DNA of 30,322 bases, from positions 1-30,322 of the IMG/VR virus record IMGVR_UViG_3300033153_003224; one strand, given 5' to 3'. Source of the stretch: a virus. Taxonomy: Duplodnaviria; Caudoviricetes. Positions 1 to 6,847 of the stretch are shown piece after piece. The notes below the pieces were generated by a model. The model saw only the letters and a program-made list of their open reading frames with translations. It searched no databases and was not told the origin of the DNA. Positions within the stretch are counted from its first letter, which is position 1, and every line of letters starts with the position of its first letter. Made by a program: the position numbers and the translations under genes.

Positions 1-92
1 CGGCGGAATCAAAACCCCGGTGCGTCCCCCTAGCTCTACAGTACCTTTTTTTTATTTATCAAGCACTTAGCCGCTACGTAGCCGCTTCGAGG

Positions 93-803
93 CTAGCCTT
101 TGAACAGCCCTTGCCGCTTGAGCTGGAAGATAATCGAATCGCGATAGATCGTAGGGATTCGTTGCACAACTGTATCGAATGCGGGCTTGATGATTGGATT
201 CTTTGGTATCACAACAGACCGGCGCGTCATGTCCCATACCATCTTGATCTTAGGCAAGCGCTTACTACCTGTTACTTTGAATATTCCCTGTCGCCGCCCG
301 AGGTCTAAAAATACATACTTGCGCCCTGTTGTAGCAGCATCCTTGATCGCTATTAAATTACGTTGCTTACGACTGCTACCTTTACGACGTCGCCGGCGTA
401 GTTGAATCGTGGCCATTGTATTAGCCTTGCGTGGTAGCCTTGTTCGTGGCTGTACGTCCTGACCTTGACCAGCTGCATACGATGTCGCTATCGGTACACC
501 TTGCTTGCCTTTGCTCACCTTCACCGCGCCGAATTCCTGATCCTCCATGTATGGAGCGATAGAGCCCACAATAGCCGCCTGGCGAGGGATAACTAACGTT
601 CGCGCTTGCTCTACTCGAATACTCTGTTTCGTGAAGCGATTACGGGAAATTAGCTTTACGTCAATATCGCGCTGTATCAACGTTCGTGCCTGGAATGCAG
701 CTGTATTAAGCGTATTTTTTGTCGCAAACGGTAGCGCTCTATGGGCAAACGCCTTTAGATCCCCTTCGAGCTGTTTAATCTCTTTGTCACTGATCCTGAA
801 CAT
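93..803 (-). CDS. Putative tail completion / minor tail protein (lambda gpZ-like)
   Basis: 236-aa basic ORF; N-terminal 'LPFATKNTLNTAAFQAR...RNRFTKQSIRV' resembles gpZ-like phage proteins. Confidence 0.5.
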   Translation of the reverse strand: MFRISDKEIKQLEGDLKAFAHRALPFATKNTLNTAAFQARTLIQRDIDVKLISRNRFTKQSIRVEQARTLVIPRQAAIVGSIAPYMEDQEFGAVKVSKGKQGVPIATSYAAGQGQDVQPRTRLPRKANTMATIQLRRRRRKGSSRKQRNLIAIKDAATTGRKYVFLDLGRRQGIFKVTGSKRLPKIKMVWDMTRRSVVIPKNPIIKPAFDTVVQRIPTIYRDSIIFQLKRQGLFKG

Positions 804-809
804 GGGTTG

Positions 810-837
810 ATTATAGCCACAAAGGCGACGGAATCAA
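810..837 (-). promoter_or_regulatory. Sigma70-like promoter for 93..803, probably giving a leaderless mRNA
   Basis: Minus strand TTGATT-16 nt-TATAAT, then only 6 nt (CAACCC) before the ATG; no Shine-Dalgarno. Confidence 0.5.
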
Positions 838-1327
838 TTACCCTGTACCACCCCCCATTTACCCAGTAGTACCGGGTATCGTAAGTTACTGTTTTTATAC
901 CCCTTATCCCCCTATACCCTTTATACCCAGTACTTTCAAAGAATTAGTAGAGTAGTAATATACAGGGGTATAGCTAGCGGCTACGTAGCGGCTACGAGGC
1001 CGCCACGGTGCAGGGTGGGTAGTTAGCGGACAGTTACCGTCGAGTTGGGGGTTTGTACCGGGTACCGGGTATTTGACGTTATTTATCAATTAAATCATAT
1101 ATTTAGGTATACCCAGTATCATGGGTAAAAAATAGCATTGTCCGGGGTATTTCTGCTTCGAAGCCGCTACACAACAGCTACAGCGATAAATGACCCCTAG
1201 CTAGTAGTCGAATAAGTTGAGATCGTCGCTTAGGGCGGCTCTGAGGCGGTCGAAAAAATCCACAATTCACTACGAAGCGGCTTCGACCGCTACGAGGCGG
1301 CTACAACGACCGTTTATCGCTTCGAGG
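838..1327. repeat. Non-coding block of short dispersed repeats (TACCC/GGGTA and AGCSGCTWCG); candidate origin or packaging region
   Basis: About 10 TACCC/GGGTA copies in both orientations at 839-1150; TAGCGGCTACG tandem at 975-996 with related units at 1156-1170, 1270-1325 and 68-90; no convincing ORF. Confidence 0.6.
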
Positions 1328-1343
1328 AAATAAATGCTCGCTA

Positions 1344-1387
1344 GGTGTTGACAATTTAGACAACACTGCTATAATTAATACATCGAA
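1344..1387 (+). promoter_or_regulatory. Repeated early promoter/operator, copy 1
   Basis: TTGACA (1348)-16 nt-TATAAT (1370); inverted repeat GTGTTGAC-N6-GACAACAC (1345-1366) overlaps the -35 box. Confidence 0.9.
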
Positions 1388-1414
1388 GCAGTAAACAACC
1401 AGGAGCACCAGACA

Positions 1415-1567
1415 ATGACTAATTTACAAAACGAACTGGCCACTTTTAATAAAGACAGGAACCAAGTTAAAGAAGAAAATACCGCCAAAGATGATTTTCC
1501 AATCGTAAAAAGAGCTTATAAATATAGAAAATCTACAATAGTTTACGTACATGACCTCACAAATTAA
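1415..1567 (+). CDS. Small hypothetical protein, 50 aa (MTNLQNELATFNKDRNQ...), not in ORF track
   Basis: AGGAG RBS at 1401-1405, directly behind promoter copy 1; translated by hand. Confidence 0.65.
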   Translation: MTNLQNELATFNKDRNQVKEENTAKDDFPIVKRAYKYRKSTIVYVHDLTN

Positions 1568-1736
1568 GACAGAAATTGAGTACCGTTCTAAGGTGTTGGA
1601 TACCTTGGGGCGGTGTCATTTTTTCCTTAACTGGACTGAAACGAACGGGAAGAAACGAAGCCAAGCATTTTTCGCCAAGCCGGAAAATTATGGTCACGAA
1701 TCGCCTCCGATAACGACTGTTACAAACAGAAAATAA
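1551..1736 (+). CDS. Hypothetical protein, 61 aa (possibly a frameshifted continuation of 1415..1567)
   Basis: Fills the rest of cassette 1 and ends just before promoter copy 2; no clear RBS. Confidence 0.45.
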   Translation: MTSQIKTEIEYRSKVLDTLGRCHFFLNWTETNGKKRSQAFFAKPENYGHESPPITTVTNRK

Positions 1737-1755
1737 TCGAAAATATATCGATTTA

Positions 1756-1820
1756 GGTGTTGACAATTTAGACAACACTGTTATAATTAAAACATCGAAA
1801 CAACGAACAACTAGGGGCAC
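1756..1820 (+). promoter_or_regulatory. Repeated early promoter/operator and leader, copy 2
   Basis: TTGACA (1760)-16-TATAAT (1782); 64/65 nt identical to 2086-2150; ends in AGGGGCAC RBS. Confidence 0.9.
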
Positions 1821-1826
1821 CAGACA

Positions 1827-2042
1827 ATGAACCAATTTACCGCAAATCAAGAAGTTTCTACCCGCTCAAGCTGCAACAGCGATTGCATTTTTGAGGGCAC
1901 GATCCTGAAGCGCACCGCGAAGACTGTAACCGTTAAGTCAATGGGCGACACCAAGCGCTGCAAGATCCACATGGAAGACGACGGCAGCGAGTACATTTTC
2001 CCATACGGTCAATATTCCATGGCCCCGATTTTCCGGGCTTAA
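1827..2042 (+). CDS. Small phage early protein of unknown function, 71 aa
   Basis: Own promoter and RBS; 'KRTAKTV...KRCKI...PYGQYSMAP' pattern recalled from small phage proteins. Confidence 0.8.
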   Translation: MNQFTANQEVSTRSSCNSDCIFEGTILKRTAKTVTVKSMGDTKRCKIHMEDDGSEYIFPYGQYSMAPIFRA

Positions 2043-2051
2043 CCACCAACC

Positions 2052-2069
2052 GCCCCCGGCAACGGGGGC
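2052..2069 (+). repeat. GC-rich GNRA-loop hairpin, copy 1
   Basis: GCCCCCG-GCAA-CGGGGGC just after the stop codon; no U-tract; identical at 2473-2490. Confidence 0.85.
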
Positions 2070-2085
2070 CAGCGAGCCGACGAAC

Positions 2086-2150
2086 GGTGTTGACAATTTA
2101 GACAACACTGCTATAATTAAAACATCGAAACAACGAACAACTAGGGGCAC
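2086..2150 (+). promoter_or_regulatory. Repeated early promoter/operator and leader, copy 3
   Basis: TTGACA (2090)-16-TATAAT (2112); same inverted repeat and AGGGGCAC RBS. Confidence 0.9.
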
Positions 2151-2154
2151 GAAA

Positions 2155-2466
2155 ATGGACGCAAATTTGACACTCAACCAGTTAGCACAAGCCAACAACG
2201 GCGCACGTCGTTTAATCGCCATGATCGGCGCGAAGCACATCAGCTATTCCGAGACTGACAACCACGTCGCTTTTCGTTTCATGCGCGGCGCCAGCAACAA
2301 GGCCAATTACATCAAAATCACCTTGACCGATGCTGACCTTTACGACGTCGAATTTGGCAAGATCCACGGGCTCAACTACAGAGTAATTTCGAAATCTGAC
2401 GGCCTGTACGAAGACATGCTGAAAGAGCATTTCGAATCAGAGACCGGCCTTTACCTGACAATGTAA
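2155..2466 (+). CDS. Conserved phage/mobile element hypothetical protein, 103 aa
   Basis: Own promoter and RBS; 'RLIAMIGAK...DLYDVEF...GLYEDMLKEHFESETGLYLTM' matches a widespread uncharacterised family as recalled. Confidence 0.85.
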   Translation: MDANLTLNQLAQANNGARRLIAMIGAKHISYSETDNHVAFRFMRGASNKANYIKITLTDADLYDVEFGKIHGLNYRVISKSDGLYEDMLKEHFESETGLYLTM

Positions 2467-2472
2467 CCAACC

Positions 2473-2490
2473 GCCCCCGGCAACGGGGGC
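2473..2490 (+). repeat. GC-rich GNRA-loop hairpin, copy 2
   Basis: Identical to 2052-2069 including upstream CCAACC; followed directly by AACTAGGGGCACGAAAATG. Confidence 0.85.
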
Positions 2491-2506
2491 AACTAGGGGC
2501 ACGAAA

Positions 2507-2737
2507 ATGAAATTTACAGAATGGCAAAAAACCCGTCGCTACGTCGATGATCTGAGAGCAGCGACAGGTGACGACAGTATCGATAATAACGTGGGTGGTT
2601 TTATCTACGAGCCCGGCTACATCGAAGAGAGCGGCGGCGCGGGATATTGCGTAACTGTATATAACGAAGGTTTGCAGACCGCCGATTTAGAAGAGGCCGA
2701 AAAATTCCTTTTCGACCGATTCGTAACTGATCTATAA
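2507..2737 (+). CDS. Small acidic hypothetical protein, 76 aa
   Basis: Repeated AGGGGCAC RBS; 16 D/E versus 7 K/R. Confidence 0.8.
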   Translation: MKFTEWQKTRRYVDDLRAATGDDSIDNNVGGFIYEPGYIEESGGAGYCVTVYNEGLQTADLEEAEKFLFDRFVTDL

Positions 2738-2747
2738 GGGGCATGAA

Positions 2748-3125
2748 ATGAGATCGAACATTAGAGATATTATGCAGGTACTCAACTGCAGCGAAATAGT
2801 GGCCGAGCAAGTCGAAAATATTATTAACGATCAATCAATGCTCGACTGGTCCGAGTGCACGAATCACGAACTGCGCGAAGCCGCTACCATCGCATATGCC
2901 AAATTTTCAATGGTTAAATGGTTGGTAATTACTTCGCGACGTCACGAAACCGATGTACTCTCATATGGTCCATTTGACGATTTCGACAACGCACAAGAAT
3001 TTATGCGTACTCTCGCGAAGCGTATTGATGATCCGCTACCGAGTGAGTTAGAAAACAATTACCATATTGATACCGATAATTTCTTTCTGGATATCACCAC
3101 TCTGATTGATCCAAATTTGATATGA
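2748..3125 (+). CDS. Acidic hypothetical protein, 125 aa
   Basis: AGGGGCAT RBS variant; ATGA overlap with the next gene. Confidence 0.8.
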   Translation: MRSNIRDIMQVLNCSEIVAEQVENIINDQSMLDWSECTNHELREAATIAYAKFSMVKWLVITSRRHETDVLSYGPFDDFDNAQEFMRTLAKRIDDPLPSELENNYHIDTDNFFLDITTLIDPNLI

Positions 3126-3790
3126 ATATTTTGATCGCTTGCGAAGAGAGCGGGCGCGTCCGGGACGAATTTATCCGCAGAGGCCACAACGCCATCAGTT
3201 GCGATCTGTTGCCCAGCGCGACACCCGGCCCGCACTATCAGGGCTATTTAGAGGACATCATCGGCTCTGGTCGTGAGTGGGACATGATTATTGCTTTCCC
3301 GCCCTGTACGTACCTAACAGGCGCCGCGGAGTGGGCATTCAACGACGTACCGATGATTAAAGGCAAGCCCCGGAACATCAAGCCCGGCACGCTCATTGGT
3401 GCCGAGCGTAGAGAGGCGAGAGAGTATGCCCTCGCATTCGTACAAATGATATTAAACCGCGATTGCGAAAAAATCGTACTTGAGAATCCGGTCGGTATCA
3501 TTGGTACCCGTATTCGACCGGCCGACCAATGGATACAGCCAAACGAGTACAGTGACGACGCGAGCAAAAAAACAGGACTATGGTTAAAGGGTGTTCCGAA
3601 ACTGCAGCCTACCAAGCACATAGCACCGCGTATCGTTGAATGGCCGCATGGGTCCGGTAAGTTAGTAAAACGATGGGCCAATCAGACCGATAGCGGTCAA
3701 AATATTTTAGGACCGAGCCCGGATCGCGCGTTACTTCGTGGAAAGACATACCCAGGAATTGCGCGCGCCTTGGCCGAACAATTAGGATAA
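3122..3790 (+). CDS. Phage DNA cytosine-C5 methyltransferase-like protein
   Basis: 'WDMIIAFPPCTYL' (catalytic PC) and 'IVLENPVG' (ENV-like); atypical motif I 'ILIACEESG'. Confidence 0.75.
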   Translation: MNILIACEESGRVRDEFIRRGHNAISCDLLPSATPGPHYQGYLEDIIGSGREWDMIIAFPPCTYLTGAAEWAFNDVPMIKGKPRNIKPGTLIGAERREAREYALAFVQMILNRDCEKIVLENPVGIIGTRIRPADQWIQPNEYSDDASKKTGLWLKGVPKLQPTKHIAPRIVEWPHGSGKLVKRWANQTDSGQNILGPSPDRALLRGKTYPGIARALAEQLG

Positions 3791-3810
3791 TCAACTATAG
3801 AGGGCACGAC

Positions 3811-3975
3811 ATGAAACATACGAAAAAGGTAATCAAGGCATACATTCGGCATATTAATGGTTTGATCCGTATCGGGGTCAAGGCCGACGACGCTATCAGT
3901 AACACGAAGCAGAGTAGCACCGACGGCGCCGAAGTATGGGAACCGATCGAACGTCATTACGAGGGATTGGATTAA
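3811..3975 (+). CDS. Hypothetical protein, 54 aa (MKHTKKVIKAYIRH...), not in ORF track
   Basis: GAGGGCAC RBS of the repeated type; TAATG coupling to the next gene. Confidence 0.7.
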   Translation: MKHTKKVIKAYIRHINGLIRIGVKADDAISNTKQSSTDGAEVWEPIERHYEGLD

Positions 3976-4184
3976 TGGCGATGATGGACGCATATGGCCA
4001 TTGCACGTACTGCCATGGAGAGGGCGCACTTTGGAAAAATAAAGTTTGGCGACGATATTTTTTCTGGCCATGGAAAAAGCGGCTCGTAACCGTGTATTTG
4101 TGTGACGAATGCGATCCACCAGTACAAAAACCAACCGCCAGCCCGTATGATCTGGCAGGCAAAAAAGAATTTCCGGGGGAATAA
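3975..4184 (+). CDS. Small zinc-finger-like protein (CTYC...CDEC)
   Basis: Start moved from 3936 to the coupled ATG at 3975; two CxxC pairs. Confidence 0.65.
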   Translation: MAMMDAYGHCTYCHGEGALWKNKVWRRYFFWPWKKRLVTVYLCDECDPPVQKPTASPYDLAGKKEFPGE

Positions 4185-4381
4185 TGAGTAACGATCTGGT
4201 ACGTTCGATCATCACCGATGCGGATATCGCATTAAAGAAAGTCAGCAATGGAACAGCGACCGCGACCGATGCGGGATTTTTGCGAAATCTGATTGTCGGG
4301 ATTCTGCAAGACGCTGGCCTTCCACACGAGGCCGAATTTTTAGATACAACACGTTACGGAGAAGATAAAAATGTTTTCTAA
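4184..4381 (+). CDS. Hypothetical protein, 65 aa
   Basis: TAATG coupling within the operon. Confidence 0.65.
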   Translation: MSNDLVRSIITDADIALKKVSNGTATATDAGFLRNLIVGILQDAGLPHEAEFLDTTRYGEDKNVF

Positions 4382-4619
4382 TACCACACTGCTAATAATT
4401 GGCGATCTAATGGTCGGCTTGTTTTTTTGTTATCAATTTGTAAACGCCATCGTCGATTTATGGTACTTCACCAAAAATCGTAATATCTGCGCAGGCAACC
4501 CAGCCGCACAGGTGGGTTATTTTTACAATCATGCTGGTGCCTGGCGCTCGCGATTCTTTATCCTGCTGTTCGTATTACTGCTCGCCGCGTGGTGGGTGGT
4601 GTGGGTTAATCTAATATGA
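4371..4619 (+). CDS. Small membrane protein (2 TM)
   Basis: GGAG RBS; two hydrophobic segments. Confidence 0.65.
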   Translation: MFSNTTLLIIGDLMVGLFFCYQFVNAIVDLWYFTKNRNICAGNPAAQVGYFYNHAGAWRSRFFILLFVLLLAAWWVVWVNLI

Positions 4620-4708
4620 ATATTTTTCTATCGGTGCTGGGCGTGGTCGCTATTGTAATCGTTGGCGTGCTTGCCTTAGATAAATTATTTCAGTGGTTGG
4701 GGTGGTAA
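4616..4708 (+). CDS. 30-aa single-TM peptide (MNIFLSVLGVVAIVIVGVLALDKLFQWLGW)
   Basis: ATGA overlap upstream and TAATG overlap downstream; translated by hand. Confidence 0.6.
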   Translation: MNIFLSVLGVVAIVIVGVLALDKLFQWLGW

Positions 4709-4938
4709 TGGCGTTATTATGTCCAGAATGCGGACGTAAAACCGCCGTTACCGCCGGCAATGATGTTGCAATGGGGTATGTTCGATACAGGAAATGCAGC
4801 CAAGGCCATACATTCTCAACAATGGAACTACCAAAAGAATATTACGGCACGCTAAAGGGGTTGTTGGATCGAGTAAGACACGTAATGTCAATAACCGAAA
4901 GTGTGGAACGACACCTAAAGAAAATGACCGGGGATTAA
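4708..4938 (+). CDS. Zinc-ribbon protein (NrdR N-terminal / Ogr-Delta-like), possible regulator
   Basis: 'CPECG...RYRKCSQGHTFSTME'; start set at the coupled ATG 4708. Confidence 0.65.
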   Translation: MALLCPECGRKTAVTAGNDVAMGYVRYRKCSQGHTFSTMELPKEYYGTLKGLLDRVRHVMSITESVERHLKKMTGD

Positions 4939-4939
4939 A

Positions 4940-5116
4940 ATGAATACAAACGAATTTAATAAAGCGTTCTACGAGTCGCGAGAGACCGCCACGAGTCGAG
5001 CAGCACGTCGGGTGTTGGTTGATGGTATCGGAGTGAATCTCGCCGCTAGATGCGAATACGTCGACAAAGCTTCAGTATCGAAAATGGTGACACGCATAAA
5101 AAAACAGGCGCCCTAA
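4940..5116 (+). CDS. KorA/TrfB-like helix-turn-helix repressor, 58 aa, not in ORF track
   Basis: MNTNEFNKAFYESRETATSRAARRVLVDGIGVNLAARCEYVDKASVSKMVTRIKKQAP; 'ARRVLVDG...SVSKMVTRI' aligns by eye with KorA 'ARGVLVDG...AVSQAVHRV'. Confidence 0.7.
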   Translation: MNTNEFNKAFYESRETATSRAARRVLVDGIGVNLAARCEYVDKASVSKMVTRIKKQAP

Positions 5117-5127
5117 AGCGCCTGTTT
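5102..5127. terminator. Probable bidirectional intrinsic terminator
   Basis: AAACAGGCGC-cctaaa-GCGCCTGTTT at the junction of convergent units. Confidence 0.75.
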
Positions 5128-5150
5128 CGTCATTAGCAGAAATCAATATC

Positions 5151-5207
5151 TTAGTTAGACGCTCTCCGATATTTTCGGTGAGCACGATAACTGAATAGTG
5201 TTTCCAT
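5151..5207 (-). CDS. Putative 18-aa basic peptide (METLFSYRAHRKYRRASN)
   Basis: GGAGG RBS at 5216-5220, dedicated promoter upstream, terminator downstream. Confidence 0.45.
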   Translation of the reverse strand: METLFSYRAHRKYRRASN

Positions 5208-5265
5208 TTTAGTATCCTCCGTTACGTTTGGTTGATCTTTAAAACTGACGTCTGGCAGTACAATC

Positions 5266-5294
5266 AGATTAGCTACCCGCTACGAATCTGTCAA
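5266..5294 (-). promoter_or_regulatory. Sigma70-like promoter
   Basis: Minus strand TTGACA-17 nt-TAATCT, directly after the upstream terminator. Confidence 0.6.
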
Positions 5295-5296
5295 CC

Positions 5297-5321
5297 AAAA
5301 AAAACCCCTCGTAAGAGGGGT
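5297..5321 (-). terminator. Rho-independent terminator of the leftward arm
   Basis: Minus strand ACCCCTC-TTAC-GAGGGG followed by T8. Confidence 0.85.
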
Positions 5322-5368
5322 GAGAATGCGCTTCGATCATCACTAGGGGGAGGATCACGCGTACCTTA

Positions 5369-5638
5369 TCAGAAAAAGCCTGGTTTTGCGACTGATCGAG
5401 TTAATGCCATTAAACCTTGTTGTAGATGCGTTTTAGCGATCTCACGCCAGCGGGACGCTTCGTCTATCACATTGTCATGATCGCGGTCGCCATTTTTACC
5501 TTCACAAACATCTACCTCGCGACATTTACCAATAAGCGTTCCAAGTTCGACGCCTTTTTCTTTAATCTCATTCATTAAATCGATTTCTTCCTGATTTAAC
5601 TCGCGATACCCTTTAATTTTCTGATGCTGATTTTCCAT
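5369..5638 (-). CDS. acb2: Anti-CBASS protein Acb2 family (cyclic oligonucleotide sponge)
   Basis: 'MENQHQKIKGYRELNQEEIDLMNEIKE...RWREIAKTHLQQGLMALTRSVAKPGFF' closely matches the recalled Acb2 sequence ([23 protein letters not shown]...); AGGAG RBS. Confidence 0.9.
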   Translation of the reverse strand: MENQHQKIKGYRELNQEEIDLMNEIKEKGVELGTLIGKCREVDVCEGKNGDRDHDNVIDEASRWREIAKTHLQQGLMALTRSVAKPGFF

Positions 5639-5685
5639 ATTGATTACTCCTATTAGTTAAATGGTATTTTTATACTGCGGTCCAA

Positions 5686-6021
5686 CTAATCGCTATCGTC
5701 AAATCCATTGAAAAATTTATTCAATCCCATGATAAAAGCAATAAATCCCAGCAATACCAGACCCGGCAATACGTATAATAATAATATTTCTATTATATCG
5801 ACCTGAGTTAACGAATAGATCCGCTGTGTAATGTCCATCCAGACCCATGCAGTAACAATGACACCGACAGCAATAGTCCAGGCAACCGCTTTAACATCGT
5901 CTTTATTAGTGCGGATATCCAAGCTTACGAACCAGTCATATACGAATCGCAACCATTTGAAGCGAAAAGCATAATATTCGTGCGGGTAGTAAGCGTGTAC
6001 CCATAATTTATACCATTTCAT
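5686..6021 (-). CDS. Membrane protein (2 TM)
   Basis: Two hydrophobic helices; in operon. Confidence 0.65.
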   Translation of the reverse strand: MKWYKLWVHAYYPHEYYAFRFKWLRFVYDWFVSLDIRTNKDDVKAVAWTIAVGVIVTAWVWMDITQRIYSLTQVDIIEILLLYVLPGLVLLGFIAFIMGLNKFFNGFDDSD

Positions 6022-6667
6022 GAATTCTACATAGCTCCTGGTAGACGTGTGTCATTAGCGCGACGCAACAATCGTCGCAGTGATTAACCAAATGGTCGTC
6101 CTCGTCGTCGTACTTGCATTTTGGGCAACCGATTATAAGTTCCATTGGTATCGATACCGATTCGCACGATGGGCAAAATTTATAACGTCGCTCCTTAGTA
6201 TTAATATTTAAAGCGTCCGAATCGCCAGTTGCGAACACATAATTAATCGGATCGCTTTTGCTTGGCGTGTACCTGATTGGCTTACGAACGATGCTTTCTA
6301 ATACAGCTTTTCTAGCAGCATCTAAATACGCACGACCACCAACTATCAGGTTATTTTCTGAAATCACCTTGAGTAGATCGGCGAGAGCTGTTTGTAATGC
6401 ATCGCGTTCGGTTTCGGCCCGATCCGCTCGACTGTGGTGTTGTTCGAACAATCTGGAAAATTCGAGCACGGCTTCGCTTGATTTGTCGAGTTCGTCGATC
6501 AATCGCAATTTATCCCGAACGAGATTGCCGCGCTCGTCAACCAAATCGGTAAAATGTTTATCTTCGCGGTTGAATAGATCGATTATTAAATTCGAAATAT
6601 CCTCTTCGCCATCGGTATTCTGATTAAATCGTTTGCTTATATACAACCGTAAGTCTATTTCAGCCAT
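6008..6667 (-). CDS. Hypothetical protein with coiled coil and C-terminal Cys clusters
   Basis: 219 aa; CPSC, CPKC and CDDC motifs. Confidence 0.7.
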   Translation of the reverse strand: MAEIDLRLYISKRFNQNTDGEEDISNLIIDLFNREDKHFTDLVDERGNLVRDKLRLIDELDKSSEAVLEFSRLFEQHHSRADRAETERDALQTALADLLKVISENNLIVGGRAYLDAARKAVLESIVRKPIRYTPSKSDPINYVFATGDSDALNINTKERRYKFCPSCESVSIPMELIIGCPKCKYDDEDDHLVNHCDDCCVALMTHVYQELCRIHEMV

Positions 6668-6670
6668 TGA

Positions 6671-6847
6671 CTAATCCCCCATTGATGGATAATTATAGTT
6701 TACGGCGCACTGTTCGTTTGGGTTTATACCGCCTCGTTTCATATGAGCACGCGCATATTTTCTTATCATCCGACGCATATCACCCGTATTTTTAAAACCC
6801 ATATTGTGCATTAGGGTACGTTGGTTTTTTTCCGCTACAGTTCTCAT
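6671..6847 (-). CDS. Basic hypothetical protein, 58 aa (MRTVAEKNQRTLMH...), not in ORF track
   Basis: Fills the gap exactly; ATGA overlap with the upstream gene. Confidence 0.6.
   Translation of the reverse strand: MRTVAEKNQRTLMHNMGFKNTGDMRRMIRKYARAHMKRGGINPNEQCAVNYNYPSMGD

Noticed and set aside
904-1089. 61-aa ORF in the repeat block
   Set aside because: No RBS; the sequence is explained by DNA repeats
1344-2150. Repeats as a CRISPR array
   Set aside because: Periods are 412 and 330 bp, the intervals contain genes, and the repeats are promoters
3244-4248. Minus-strand ORFs 3244..3681 and 3697..4248, and similar antisense ORFs elsewhere such as 9962..10498 and 27734..28237
   Set aside because: Shadows of well-supported, translationally coupled genes on the opposite strand; no motifs
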